From a virus (Duplodnaviria > Caudoviricetes), in IMG/VR virus record IMGVR_UViG_3300033141_001125, positions 671 through 64,670 of that record: a DNA stretch of 64,000 bases; one strand, 5' to 3'. The notes beneath the pieces are model-generated. The model had not been told where the DNA came from. It saw nothing but the letters and a program-made list of their open reading frames with translations, and ran no database searches. The translations under genes and the position numbers were made by a program. This document shows positions 36,601 to 46,612 of this stretch, piece after piece. Positions within the stretch are counted from its first letter, which is position 1. The number at the start of each line of letters is the position of its first letter.

Positions 36601-36710
36601 TAGTTCTCTCCTGCGCGCACACAGTGCGAGTGCGCGCAGGGTAGAGCGATGAACGCTCATCCGGGAATCATTCAGCCTGACCCGGCAGGTAAAAGGGAGA
36701 AATTGAGATG
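36601..36710 (+). repeat. 110-bp structured intergenic direct repeat, copy 2
   Basis: near-identical to 36256-36365. Confidence 0.92.
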
Positions 36711-37094
36711 TTAAACATCTTTTGTGCTGACTGCGCAAGCCATATCTTTATCTCATCCGTTCCCATTGAGTGCTGCCCCGTTTGCGGTGCAGAATTCGAT
36801 ATCAGAGATGAAGAAAGTATACCCAGTTTTGTAGGTAGTGTCAGCGTAATCGCCACCATTAACATAAACCTCTTCACCGTCACCTGCCGCCTGCAAACGG
36901 CAGGGGGGATGATGGGGAGGCTAAGCATAGCCTCCTACGAAGACAGCTTCAGGGAATTGGCCCCTAACCGAAACGCGCTCGGCTATGCAGCCGATCGCGC
37001 ACATGAGCTCTGGCATATTTTGCTCAAGCTCCAGGAGTGGACACCTGGAATAGTAATTCCAGGAGTAACATTCTCACTCCCATCAAACGAGTAA
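36708..37094 (+). CDS. zinc-ribbon hypothetical protein
   Basis: CADC...CPVC; start supplied by repeat copy 2. Confidence 0.65.
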   Translation: MLNIFCADCASHIFISSVPIECCPVCGAEFDIRDEESIPSFVGSVSVIATININLFTVTCRLQTAGGMMGRLSIASYEDSFRELAPNRNALGYAADRAHELWHILLKLQEWTPGIVIPGVTFSLPSNE

Positions 37095-37131
37095 CCCGCC
37101 CCAGTGGTGCAAGGCGGGGAATGAGGAGAAA

Positions 37132-37326
37132 ATGAAACATTATCAAATTAAAGTCACTCCAACAATAAATGCACTGCTACGGATAACTGGCAATCGTATC
37201 ATTGCCACAACGAATGAGATGTTTAGTCAGAATGAGTGCATTGTGGATTGCGAAACATTTGAACGCATTGTTGAGAATGTTTCAGTAACAGTAACAAAAG
37301 TTTTCAAAAAGGAAAGCAATATATGA
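37132..37326 (+). CDS. hypothetical protein
   Basis: GAGGAG RBS. Confidence 0.6.
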   Translation: MKHYQIKVTPTINALLRITGNRIIATTNEMFSQNECIVDCETFERIVENVSVTVTKVFKKESNI

Positions 37327-37526
37327 AAAGAACAATAAATAAATCAGTTAGACTGTCAATCCTACGCAAATTAAAACGCAAAGGACTGCTAGAAGGAAAA
37401 AGCCTACGCGATCTAGGAAAGCTATTCGGAGTACATTTCTCTCAAATTTCACGTGATATGAAAGACCTGCCAGCACTTGAAGCCGAATACAAGCGCGTGA
37501 AAAAGATGTTAAAAGAGGATGCTTAA
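37323..37526 (+). CDS. small HTH DNA-binding protein
   Basis: 'KSLRDLGKLFGVHFSQISRDM'. Confidence 0.7.
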   Translation: MKRTINKSVRLSILRKLKRKGLLEGKSLRDLGKLFGVHFSQISRDMKDLPALEAEYKRVKKMLKEDA

Positions 37527-37545
37527 TCGCATTCTCTTTTTTTGC

Positions 37546-37603
37546 TTGACAAATATATCAAATTATATATACTTACAACATAACATATATCAGGATATAT
37601 AAA
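37546..37603 (+). promoter_or_regulatory. promoter with repeated ATATAT(C/A)A boxes (candidate RHH operator / parC)
   Basis: TTGACA-16-TATACT; several ATATAT motifs up to the RHH start. Confidence 0.5.
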
Positions 37604-37604
37604 C

Positions 37605-37853
37605 ATGAGAGTTTATTTTGACTTAGCTAACGATCTTGTCGATTGGTACAAATCGCAAGAGAATAAAAGAACGGCCTTGAATAATGCAATCAGAGCAGGA
37701 AAACAAGGCCAGAAAGACGAAATTATGCTTGAGCTTGCAGAAATAAAGTGCATCCTGCAAAACAAGATGATCATTTCGGCTGATGAAGAACCGCCACAAA
37801 GCGACTTCTCACTTGACGGTTTTGAGTCAATGGCCGTCATAGACAATGACTGA
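37605..37853 (+). CDS. ribbon-helix-helix protein, ParR-like adaptor candidate
   Basis: beta strand 'MRVYFDL', 'DLVDWY.SQENKRTALNNAIRAG', acidic C-terminal tail. Confidence 0.55.
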   Translation: MRVYFDLANDLVDWYKSQENKRTALNNAIRAGKQGQKDEIMLELAEIKCILQNKMIISADEEPPQSDFSLDGFESMAVIDND

Positions 37854-37867
37854 CTAAAAGTATATAT

Positions 37868-39313
37868 GTGCCCCTTGCAAAAAAGAATGCCATTTTTAAC
37901 ACTTTAGACATAGGCGCACTTTCAGACATACAACACAGGAACGTGAAAATGGATACAAAAGAAACCTATTTAATAGAGTTCGCTCACAATATTATTGCCA
38001 GCCTGACTGATCCTGAGATTTGCGGCAGGAAGAATATTGTTGCGCGCCCGATCAATGGCCGGCTTGCAGAAGTCACGCCGGGGCCACGCGCTGGCGCTGT
38101 CACATTACTGGATACAAATTACAGCAATCATCTAATAGAAACTTTCAGAAAACACGATGGCTTGTTAGCTCATAAGCTTTTGCCAAACAACTGGAAGAGA
38201 AAAGTAGATCATGTTTCTGTTTATGGCTTCCGTGGCTGTGTAAGGGTCGAAGCGGCTTGGCCTAAGGCTATGCAAAAAATGGATGTTACCGTTTCGCTGA
38301 GTCGCATTGACAAAAATCCTTACAAGAATGGTAGATTTCTAATTGGTAAAAATGAGCGTGGTGCGGACATCACGCTTGGCCTAGATGACGTGACACCAAA
38401 CTTTCTTTTTGCCGGTCTGACTGGAAGCGGCAAAACCTGGGCTATGCGCTCGGTGATTGGTCAATTGTCACGTTACATAGACACGCAAACAATATTGATT
38501 GACGGAAAATATGGCGATGGGCTTGGTTGTTTGAATGGTATCCGGGGACAAATAGGGCCTCTTGCTGTGGACATCGAAAACGCAAAAAACGCACTGGCTT
38601 GGGTGATCAATGAGATGCACACCAGATATACAAAAGTAGCACATCTGACACCACAGGCCAGAAAAGCAACTTTTGATGAAATGTCACGCATTGTAGTAGT
38701 TATTGATGAAGTGCAAGAGTTCACAAACGATCTTGCTGCCGCAGCAATGATTAGTAAGTTGGTTTCTCAGTGCCGTGGTGCAAAAATTTATTGCTTGATT
38801 GGCACACAGCATCCACGTCAAGATGCTTTTGGTGATACGAGCGCCAAGCGTAATTTAGTAGGCAGGATCGTGCTACTTGTTGAAGACGAAATCGCATCTC
38901 ACGTTGCGCTTGGCTCCTGGACTCCGAAGGCACATGAGGTACTACTCGGAAAAGGGGATGCTTATGCAAAAGTGCCTGGCGCAATTCAGCGCGTCCAGAC
39001 CGCTTACATTCCAGAAGATGACCTGCTTTCTTTGGTTGGTGGTCAACCGCTACTAAAAGAATGGCCGTTGTTCAATCCAGACATTCTGGGATTCTATCCT
39101 GAGAGGATGGGCCGTCCGCCAGTGCTTTTTACTATGCAAGAATTGGCAATTTCCGCAAGGTGCGCATCATTAAATGAACGCCGCATTATACTTGATAGAC
39201 ACCTACAGAAACATACCGGAAAAAGTATGGGCGTTCCAAGATTGCGCAAACTCTTAGAGAAAGGTAAAGAACTTGATGCAGAGTTAGGAGTATTAAACTA
39301 TGGAGGCGAATAA
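37868..39313 (+). CDS. FtsK/SpoIIIE (TraB-like) ATPase
   Basis: GLTGSGKT Walker A, LIDGK, EMHTRY, VVVIDE Walker B, GTQHP, LGKGD. Confidence 0.9.
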   Translation: MPLAKKNAIFNTLDIGALSDIQHRNVKMDTKETYLIEFAHNIIASLTDPEICGRKNIVARPINGRLAEVTPGPRAGAVTLLDTNYSNHLIETFRKHDGLLAHKLLPNNWKRKVDHVSVYGFRGCVRVEAAWPKAMQKMDVTVSLSRIDKNPYKNGRFLIGKNERGADITLGLDDVTPNFLFAGLTGSGKTWAMRSVIGQLSRYIDTQTILIDGKYGDGLGCLNGIRGQIGPLAVDIENAKNALAWVINEMHTRYTKVAHLTPQARKATFDEMSRIVVVIDEVQEFTNDLAAAAMISKLVSQCRGAKIYCLIGTQHPRQDAFGDTSAKRNLVGRIVLLVEDEIASHVALGSWTPKAHEVLLGKGDAYAKVPGAIQRVQTAYIPEDDLLSLVGGQPLLKEWPLFNPDILGFYPERMGRPPVLFTMQELAISARCASLNERRIILDRHLQKHTGKSMGVPRLRKLLEKGKELDAELGVLNYGGE

Positions 39314-39765
39314 TGATTAAAGCAATTGAGACGGTTTATAATGGTTATCTGTTTCGCTCACGGCTTGAGGCACGATGGGCCGTGTTTTTTGATTCGCTTG
39401 GGATTAAATATGATTACGAGCCAGAAGGGTTTGATCTTGGCAACGCCGGCTATTATTTGCCTGATTTTTTAATAGACAATGGAGAATGTGAATGTTATAT
39501 AGAAATCAAACCAAAAAAATTGTCTAAGATCGAAATTGCAAAATTACAAGCATTAGATAACTCGCTAATCAATCCTGGCGATCCATTATACGCAACATCT
39601 TTAGTTGGCACGCCAAATTACGATATAATTAATAATGAATTCATATATATTTGTATATTAAATTGTAAATCAGAGAAACTTTTTCGCTTCGCAGTTAGCT
39701 GCGCACGACAAGCCCGATTTGAACACGGGCAAGTAGGCGCGCCATCTCAGTGGAGAAAGAAATAA
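39313..39765 (+). CDS. PD-(D/E)XK nuclease-like protein
   Basis: 'FRSRLEARWAVFFD.LG..YEPEG...YLPDF...IEIKP'. Confidence 0.8.
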   Translation: MIKAIETVYNGYLFRSRLEARWAVFFDSLGIKYDYEPEGFDLGNAGYYLPDFLIDNGECECYIEIKPKKLSKIEIAKLQALDNSLINPGDPLYATSLVGTPNYDIINNEFIYICILNCKSEKLFRFAVSCARQARFEHGQVGAPSQWRKK

Positions 39766-40421
39766 TGGCAAGAATATTTGATCGACCGTCAGAAAGGCAA
39801 ACTAAAGAAAGTGAGCTAAAGCGTCCGCTTTCTCAAGCATTTGCTTTAATAATGATTCGCATAACAATAATTGCTATATTTATTTTAGAAATAGCCTTAA
39901 TTGGCAAGGCCAGCGGATTTATTATTATTGTGGTTGTATTTGTCGCACTTTATCTTGATCGTGAATTTAGGCTTGGTATCAAGAAAGCATTAGGTAAAAT
40001 GTGGTATGCAAAATGTGTTTTTGCAATAGCAATAGGTGTAATTTTAGTAGTGCTGGCTGTCACTGGACACTGGTTTAATTTAGCGTATCATATTACCAGC
40101 CAACATTATATTGATCTGCCACGTCGGAGATTGATAGGCAACTGGACTTTGTGGACACGCATAATTTTAATTATTGGCTTGCCGCTTTGTGCGTCATTAC
40201 CACTTAGAGTATTAGATTGGGTAATGCAAATAGAATTGCAACGCCCCAATCTACGCAATGCACCCGCGCAGCGGCAATCGGTTGAAGGTATTAAGACTCC
40301 AACAATGGGAATAATGCACGCTCCAAAACCATCACAAACAACTATTATTCAGCAAGCTGGGCAACCACAAAAAAACAATGTTGCGGTTACACCTCAAGAC
40401 TCAACTCAAATTGATCTATAA
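39750..40421 (+). CDS. multi-pass membrane protein
   Basis: ~4 hydrophobic helices, low-complexity tail. Confidence 0.7.
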   Translation: MEKEIMARIFDRPSERQTKESELKRPLSQAFALIMIRITIIAIFILEIALIGKASGFIIIVVVFVALYLDREFRLGIKKALGKMWYAKCVFAIAIGVILVVLAVTGHWFNLAYHITSQHYIDLPRRRLIGNWTLWTRIILIIGLPLCASLPLRVLDWVMQIELQRPNLRNAPAQRQSVEGIKTPTMGIMHAPKPSQTTIIQQAGQPQKNNVAVTPQDSTQIDL

Positions 40422-40429
40422 GTGCTATA

Positions 40430-40774
40430 TTATTCTTCTTTGTCTTCCAATTGCGCTGGGTCAATAATCTCCACAATCCTGCCATAAGTTATTACTGGAA
40501 ACACAGACACCGCACTTTCTGCAAGTAGCACGATTTCTTTAGATGTCAAGGTTAATTGACCATCACCATCAATCGCGGCTTGGATACGCATTGACAATCT
40601 AAACCGTGTCAATTTTTTATTTCCACTTTCGTCTTGCTCACCACCAAGATTGATGCAGCGCATCAACGCCTCGCCAAGTGTAAAATCCTCTGTTTGTTTT
40701 GATTCTGTGGATACTGAAATTTGCAAAGGCGATCCATCATAATCCAATAAAGCTATTTTTAAGTTAATTATCAT
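40430..40774 (-). CDS. hypothetical tail-associated protein
   Basis: last gene of the tail operon. Confidence 0.6.
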   Translation of the reverse strand: MIINLKIALLDYDGSPLQISVSTESKQTEDFTLGEALMRCINLGGEQDESGNKKLTRFRLSMRIQAAIDGDGQLTLTSKEIVLLAESAVSVFPVITYGRIVEIIDPAQLEDKEE

Positions 40775-40783
40775 TCTTTTCTC

Positions 40784-41284
40784 CTAAATTGTAATGTAGC
40801 CGCTTGGTAAACTGATACCGCCGCCATCGTCCGTACAAGTTGCCAGAACATAAACGCCTGTACCCGGATCATTATGTTCTGCTAGTGTTCCAAGTTCAGA
40901 GAACGTCACATAATCCCATTGATATATATATAATGTATATCCATCTGGCGGAGTGTCTGCTGAGATTATACCAGATGTTACGCTAATCCCTGTTGGCTTT
41001 GGCGGAATATCAGTTCTTATGTGTGGATCATAGTAACGTTCCGCCATATAGTTCCAACACGTGTTGATTGTGTTCTGATCAACCACATAACCAAATGCAG
41101 CATTAAAAAATGACGCACACCAAAATTTTCCATTTATTGAGCCATTATCAATTAACAAACGCCGTGCATCTCTGTCAGTCACAGACAATAATAATTCTAA
41201 CAGACTACCAGAACTTGTGCCGCCATCGACTAACCCCGTAGCAGCAATTTTAGCAAATTCATCTGACATAACTCCAACTGGCAT
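40784..41284 (-). CDS. hypothetical tail-associated protein
   Basis: downstream of tail fibre; beta-rich C-terminus. Confidence 0.6.
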   Translation of the reverse strand: MPVGVMSDEFAKIAATGLVDGGTSSGSLLELLLSVTDRDARRLLIDNGSINGKFWCASFFNAAFGYVVDQNTINTCWNYMAERYYDPHIRTDIPPKPTGISVTSGIISADTPPDGYTLYIYQWDYVTFSELGTLAEHNDPGTGVYVLATCTDDGGGISLPSGYITI

Positions 41285-41285
41285 T

Positions 41286-44189
41286 TTATACCTCCATTCC
41301 TAACATTCTCAATTTAGATTCTAATGTATTTATACGCTCATACAGTTGCCGTACCGCGTCAATAGTCAGCATTTGCAACTGTTTCGTAGCTACAAAATGA
41401 TGACCATCATCATTATAATGCACAATCCCAGCGCGTTCGAGAACTGGACGCGCATAGTCAATCCATTGCCCGAACCTTTTTCGAATCGCGTGTCCATCTG
41501 GAACCAATGACGCTCGCAGGCCGTGCAATAGCAGCCCGTCGTCATACTCATCCCAGGCGTTTTCATTGACGACTGTATCCAGATATAGGTCCCCATCTTG
41601 AGCAAAAACAGCGATGGCACGGTCTGCCCCTGAAACACGACCTTTTAATACCCATAAATTTTCGCCAGTTCCAACATTTCCATATGATGTGCCTGATTTT
41701 TTTCTGACAAAATGAGTAATAGCCCCAATCGCATTCGTACTTTTTGCAGTTGAATCAGTTGTATAATATGCCAAAAATGATAAAGCTATTATGCTTTCGG
41801 TATAGCCCTGCGTTTGAATTCCGCCCACGCCAGATGAAACTTTTTTCATGACGCCGTAGGTGTCTGTTTCTGTGAGCGCAGTCATCCCATGCGCTACATC
41901 CGACGACTTCAATGCTAGTATCTCATTATCATTTGCGCCCTGATTGAGCGTTAGCCCCCGTGTCATAAATGAATTTGTGGTGTCATTCACGAATATCAAG
42001 TTATTTGTTGTTACATAATCGGTGTCAATTTCACAGTAGCTATTTCCACCCCCATCGCTGCTAATAACTTTCAGGGTTGCCGCATTACTTGCATCATTTG
42101 CTTGCAATGAGGTTGTGGCAACATGTCCGCTAACTGCGTTTGACTCTATTTCAATCCAAGTATTTTTTGCTGTAAGAGCAGCCGCAGTTAATTGAACATA
42201 ATTTGTAAACAGAGGAGTTCCAACCACGCGCGCATACAAGCTACCCAGAACCGTTGTGCCATCCAGAATTGTATAAGCGCGTGTTCTGGCATACGCAGCA
42301 CCAGAAATAACACTAAATCCATTTGTATCAATTAGTGAATTGCCACCGCCAGCCGTTACCGTCCCCACAATATCAATATTGCCAGCCGGTGAAGCCTGGA
42401 ACGTTGCCACATTAGCTGAGTCGTAAATGGTCAAGCCGTCCACGCTATTCCATTCCATTCTTTCTGTAGATGAGCTATCACCGACCCACAACACACCAGC
42501 CCCATCCACTCTAAACCGCGTACTGCTATTACCATTGATTGTAATGCCAGACGATCCGCTAACAATAACTACATTAGTTAGCCCTGATGTATCGCCAATG
42601 TACACTACGCCAGGCTGAATTAACACTCTGCGTGTAGGCGTACTATCATACATCTCAATACCAGTAGCCAGAATTTTTGTGTGATAGCTGGTTGTTATTC
42701 CTAGTGTCCAGGATGACGATGTTAGTTGACCAAGCAAAGTCGCCGCGCTATAAAACCGCATCCCGTTTGTAGCATCAATTGTCAGATGGTTATAATCATT
42801 ACTCCCAAGCCCTACGCCGTAGGTAGTAACTCCATATCCGTACACACCATCAAGATTTCCAATAGCCCAGTGTTCAGTCCAGTCGTTATAAGTACTTGAG
42901 TTTCGCACGTTTCCAACAATCGTAGGCCCCACAGTTCCACTTGTCACACCAGAATACGAATATAGATCAATGAACCCGTCTCCGGTTGTGCCAGTATTAA
43001 ATATTGCATCGCCAGCATACCAGGTATTTGCCCCCGATCCATCAAGATTACGTGTGACCTGATAGAGATATGGCCCAACGCCAACTGGCCCGCTAGTAAT
43101 CGCCATAAACTCGACTTTGCCAGCAGCCTCCATATACACTCTGTCGCCGGACGCCATCTGATTGTGTTCAACATAGATTTGTGTCGCAACAGCAGTCAGG
43201 TCAATTGCTAGCATAGTTGTCGGGCCCACAAGTATGCGCCCGCCGATAGTCGCGATTGTGTTTTGTGCGACTAGTGTTTCAACCCACAACTCAGCGGCAT
43301 GAAGCGTTAGGTATTTCTTGCTTAAGCTACCGAGATTTATGTCATAGTTATAGCTGGGACTCATGTCGTTTCCGAGAGGGTTAATGATTATGTCCCCAGA
43401 CGGCTGAATTGTTAAATTGCCAGATGTTGTAGTTATAGATTGCGCACCCACAAAGTCTAAATCTGCATCAAGTTGAATGTCAGCTTGAAATGTATGTGAA
43501 GCCGTCCAAGTAAATCCGTATGCTTGATTCACCGCCACGCTATTGGCGGCAACACTAATGCCATTGCCAGCACCCACATTAAATGTACGGCTTCCCGCAA
43601 TTGTGCCACCGCCAGTTAAACCACTTCCGGCTGTGAGCATAACACTTGTATGATTGATGTGTTCGTTGGCTACAAAGCCTGTTAGCGAATCGTGATTCAC
43701 CAAATCAGCCCCGCCCACCTCGTGACTTGCCGCGTGTGCCAGTGGTGTTTGACCGTCGGCAAGCAAACCCGACAAACCAACAACATCTATTTCATCTGCG
43801 CCGCCATTTTCATGAGTGCTTGCATGTAATGGTAGGATACCTGTTATATCAGCAGAAACCAAAGCTCTGAATGTGGGCGTTCCAGCACCACCAGCCGCAG
43901 GCCCGGCAAATACAGAATTTTGTGCTTGACTGTCTAGCCCCAACTCTTGAATATTGAGTGATAAAACCGTATCTGCATTGACATCAAGTGTTACCGCAGT
44001 GTGATGTGGAGATGAATCGCCAATTGCAGTATGCCGCGTGACGTTCAAATATTGTGTGTGGTCATCATCAGCAAGGCCAAGTAATGAGCCATGATCAGTC
44101 GTTCCGCCAGGCGTTGGAGCGGAATACAGAATTGGGCGCAGCCAACGCGCCAATTGATGAATGGTCATTCCCTCAGTGATTACTTTCAA
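41286..44189 (-). CDS. tail fibre / receptor-binding protein
   Basis: 967 aa Gly/Thr-rich, HxxxH repeats (HASTHENGGAD, HAASHEVGGAD), C-terminal coiled coil. Confidence 0.75.
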   Translation of the reverse strand: MKVITEGMTIHQLARWLRPILYSAPTPGGTTDHGSLLGLADDDHTQYLNVTRHTAIGDSSPHHTAVTLDVNADTVLSLNIQELGLDSQAQNSVFAGPAAGGAGTPTFRALVSADITGILPLHASTHENGGADEIDVVGLSGLLADGQTPLAHAASHEVGGADLVNHDSLTGFVANEHINHTSVMLTAGSGLTGGGTIAGSRTFNVGAGNGISVAANSVAVNQAYGFTWTASHTFQADIQLDADLDFVGAQSITTTSGNLTIQPSGDIIINPLGNDMSPSYNYDINLGSLSKKYLTLHAAELWVETLVAQNTIATIGGRILVGPTTMLAIDLTAVATQIYVEHNQMASGDRVYMEAAGKVEFMAITSGPVGVGPYLYQVTRNLDGSGANTWYAGDAIFNTGTTGDGFIDLYSYSGVTSGTVGPTIVGNVRNSSTYNDWTEHWAIGNLDGVYGYGVTTYGVGLGSNDYNHLTIDATNGMRFYSAATLLGQLTSSSWTLGITTSYHTKILATGIEMYDSTPTRRVLIQPGVVYIGDTSGLTNVVIVSGSSGITINGNSSTRFRVDGAGVLWVGDSSSTERMEWNSVDGLTIYDSANVATFQASPAGNIDIVGTVTAGGGNSLIDTNGFSVISGAAYARTRAYTILDGTTVLGSLYARVVGTPLFTNYVQLTAAALTAKNTWIEIESNAVSGHVATTSLQANDASNAATLKVISSDGGGNSYCEIDTDYVTTNNLIFVNDTTNSFMTRGLTLNQGANDNEILALKSSDVAHGMTALTETDTYGVMKKVSSGVGGIQTQGYTESIIALSFLAYYTTDSTAKSTNAIGAITHFVRKKSGTSYGNVGTGENLWVLKGRVSGADRAIAVFAQDGDLYLDTVVNENAWDEYDDGLLLHGLRASLVPDGHAIRKRFGQWIDYARPVLERAGIVHYNDDGHHFVATKQLQMLTIDAVRQLYERINTLESKLRMLGMEV

Positions 44190-45199
44190 AGTTTAGGCCT
44201 CACTGTACCATTTTGATCTACTTCAATTCCAGTTACTAATACATCGCGTGGGTCTGCAAGCCATGCCGTTGGCTGTACAGGCGCAAAAGTATTTGAAATA
44301 TCTCTGTAAATTCCAGGTTGTAATAACCACGGATTTATAGCCTTGCGTGCCCTTTGATCTGAATAGAATTCACCGTTGTAAATAAATCCGCTAATCTCAG
44401 TGTCTATTTGCTCGTATATGAGATTGCGTTCAAGATCAATGTACACACGCCACGGAGCACTATTGCTATCCCCAACCTCAGCCATATCCTGTAAGATGTT
44501 CCAACAGCGCGCCGCCGTTGGAGTTGTGCGTTTAACCTGCGTTGTATTTGTATTGATTGTGCCAGATGAAATAAACTCTAAATCTGTGCCTATTATGTTG
44601 CTTACCCACGCACTTGCATTTCCTGTTGCATCGTCTGCTGCGGTTACATACCGCCAATTTGCGGTGAACGCATATCCGAATATCTTAAAATCTAATTTTG
44701 CAGCATTTGATTGTTTTGCAATTCGTGTTGGAAGTGGAGTAGCCCAAGCCATTCTTTGCAAGAATGTATCAGCTTTGTATCCAGCTGTAGTGGATGAAAT
44801 TTGTTCTCCGGTGATGATTTCTTCTTTTCTGCCGAATTGCTTTATGCTTTCATCATCAATTGTAAATGTGGTTTCTGCTTGTGTGTCGGATGTATTTATG
44901 TAGGTTACTTTGACTGCATTAGCCAGATCATCTAAACTTCTGCGTCTAGTAATGCCGCCCGTGGTAAGCTCCATTTCGTACATCAGCCCTTCCCACGTCT
45001 TTTGCCCTACTGCCTCCTCGATGTGATAGGCCAGATATGTATTAAATATATTTGACAAATAATCTAGCGAGCCGTACAAAGTACCATTACCCTGCCACGA
45101 TCCAGCAGAAAGGTCAATCGACCGCCGCCAGGATGTGGGAGCAATTGTACCAACGAAGGCTTGGCCTAATGCAATTGATTGAAAAACACGCAAATTCAC
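44186..45199 (-). CDS. baseplate hub / minor tail protein
   Basis: position after distal tail; 'D.ESI..FGR.E' pattern. Confidence 0.6.
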   Translation of the reverse strand: MNLRVFQSIALGQAFVGTIAPTSWRRSIDLSAGSWQGNGTLYGSLDYLSNIFNTYLAYHIEEAVGQKTWEGLMYEMELTTGGITRRRSLDDLANAVKVTYINTSDTQAETTFTIDDESIKQFGRKEEIITGEQISSTTAGYKADTFLQRMAWATPLPTRIAKQSNAAKLDFKIFGYAFTANWRYVTAADDATGNASAWVSNIIGTDLEFISSGTINTNTTQVKRTTPTAARCWNILQDMAEVGDSNSAPWRVYIDLERNLIYEQIDTEISGFIYNGEFYSDQRARKAINPWLLQPGIYRDISNTFAPVQPTAWLADPRDVLVTGIEVDQNGTVRPKL

Positions 45200-46612
45200 T
45201 TATGCGCTCCTGTATGATTTCCAGCGCGGATAATATTCTATTGTCAAGTCATAAGTATTAAAAACACTACCCGCCGCGTCTTGCAAAATTAAATAACTCG
45301 TTCCCGTTGGTAGATACCATTCATTTTGAGCAAATATGTATCCGCTATCGTCTGGTGCGGGAGAAGCCACGCTTGTATCAAAATATACCATCTGCATATC
45401 ATCATTTTCGAGTGTATAAACGTCAATTTGACTTGTAGGCGCGGATATATTTTGCACAGGAGCAACGACATGAGAATATGGCACAAGTGCCAGAGTATCA
45501 ATACTTAAGACATCTGTGCCGGACGTACCGCTGATGTGTTCAGCCCATACCTCAAGCGCATATCGTCTTAATCCGACTGTAACCGATTCGCCTCGCAGTG
45601 TTTTTGGTGGCATTTGAATAGTGCCCATATTAACAGTTGTCCAACTGGATGAAGTTACATATCTGCCCTGCGATCTCATCTTTGAGCTATTATCTTCGTA
45701 CCCACTGCGTAATTCAACATATACAGTTGCACCAGCGGTTACTTTATACCTCAAAATGACTAGGTATCTTCCAATATAATCATCAGGATTAAATGGGTCA
45801 ACATCTTCTTGTTTGATCCACCAGCGACGCGCTAAAGAGGCCGTGCCAAATGTAACATCACGCCGCCGGCCTGTACCAGCCCCGAATTGCTCAGGTGAGG
45901 CCGTTGCGTCAACAGTCGATGCGCCACAGCCAGTACCAGCCGTTCCGCCATCACAATCCCACAAATTGATAAAAGCATTTGCACTGTTTGATCTTTGTGG
46001 TCTGATGCCCACCCACCATCCGATATTTGATCCCGTGAATGTGTCTGGAACTATGCTAAGTTTTTTGATACGCGCCGGAGCAGTTCCAACAATTCCTGTA
46101 ATGGCATACGCGCCGCCAGTGCCCTCAACTGCCGCAGGAGAAATTGTAACTGCTGTAGGGGTTTCCCATAACGGATGCCTTACTATGTCTAATTGTCTGC
46201 GCATTCCGCCACAATCAAGGAAAGCGTTTATTCCTGGTAAGCGTTTATCACGCATTGTCATTTCATAAATCAATGCGCGTTTTGCACTTTCATTTGCAGT
46301 GTTAAATTCTAGCCACCACGATTCATCTTGCAATTCATCATCGTGCCACAGTCTGACTTCTTCCGCCACATCTTCTATTAAATCCTCTGCGGCTATCAGT
46401 GCGGTATCCGTTCCAAATCCACTCAGGCCGAAAGACTCTTTTACTCGTGCCAGCTTTACAAAATCAGCAATTGAGCCATACCGCGAATCATTATACTTTT
46501 GAATGATCTTAGGCGTTTTTCCCTCATACCGATTATCAATTTTAAGTGTACCACTTAACAGATCAACAGTTGAGGATTGTGACCTGTTTGCCAGCCTTAA
46601 CCGCTTTGCCAT
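45200..46612 (-). CDS. distal tail (Dit-like) protein
   Basis: immediately after tape measure; ends 'YYPRW'. Confidence 0.6.
   Translation of the reverse strand: MAKRLRLANRSQSSTVDLLSGTLKIDNRYEGKTPKIIQKYNDSRYGSIADFVKLARVKESFGLSGFGTDTALIAAEDLIEDVAEEVRLWHDDELQDESWWLEFNTANESAKRALIYEMTMRDKRLPGINAFLDCGGMRRQLDIVRHPLWETPTAVTISPAAVEGTGGAYAITGIVGTAPARIKKLSIVPDTFTGSNIGWWVGIRPQRSNSANAFINLWDCDGGTAGTGCGASTVDATASPEQFGAGTGRRRDVTFGTASLARRWWIKQEDVDPFNPDDYIGRYLVILRYKVTAGATVYVELRSGYEDNSSKMRSQGRYVTSSSWTTVNMGTIQMPPKTLRGESVTVGLRRYALEVWAEHISGTSGTDVLSIDTLALVPYSHVVAPVQNISAPTSQIDVYTLENDDMQMVYFDTSVASPAPDDSGYIFAQNEWYLPTGTSYLILQDAAGSVFNTYDLTIEYYPRWKSYRSA

Noticed and set aside
36256-36710. CRISPR array, integron attC or DGR TR/VR interpretation of the 110-bp repeats
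   Set aside because: Only two long units with a gene-sized spacer; no RYYYAAC/GTTRRRY ends; differences are not adenine-specific and no reverse transcriptase or integrase was seen
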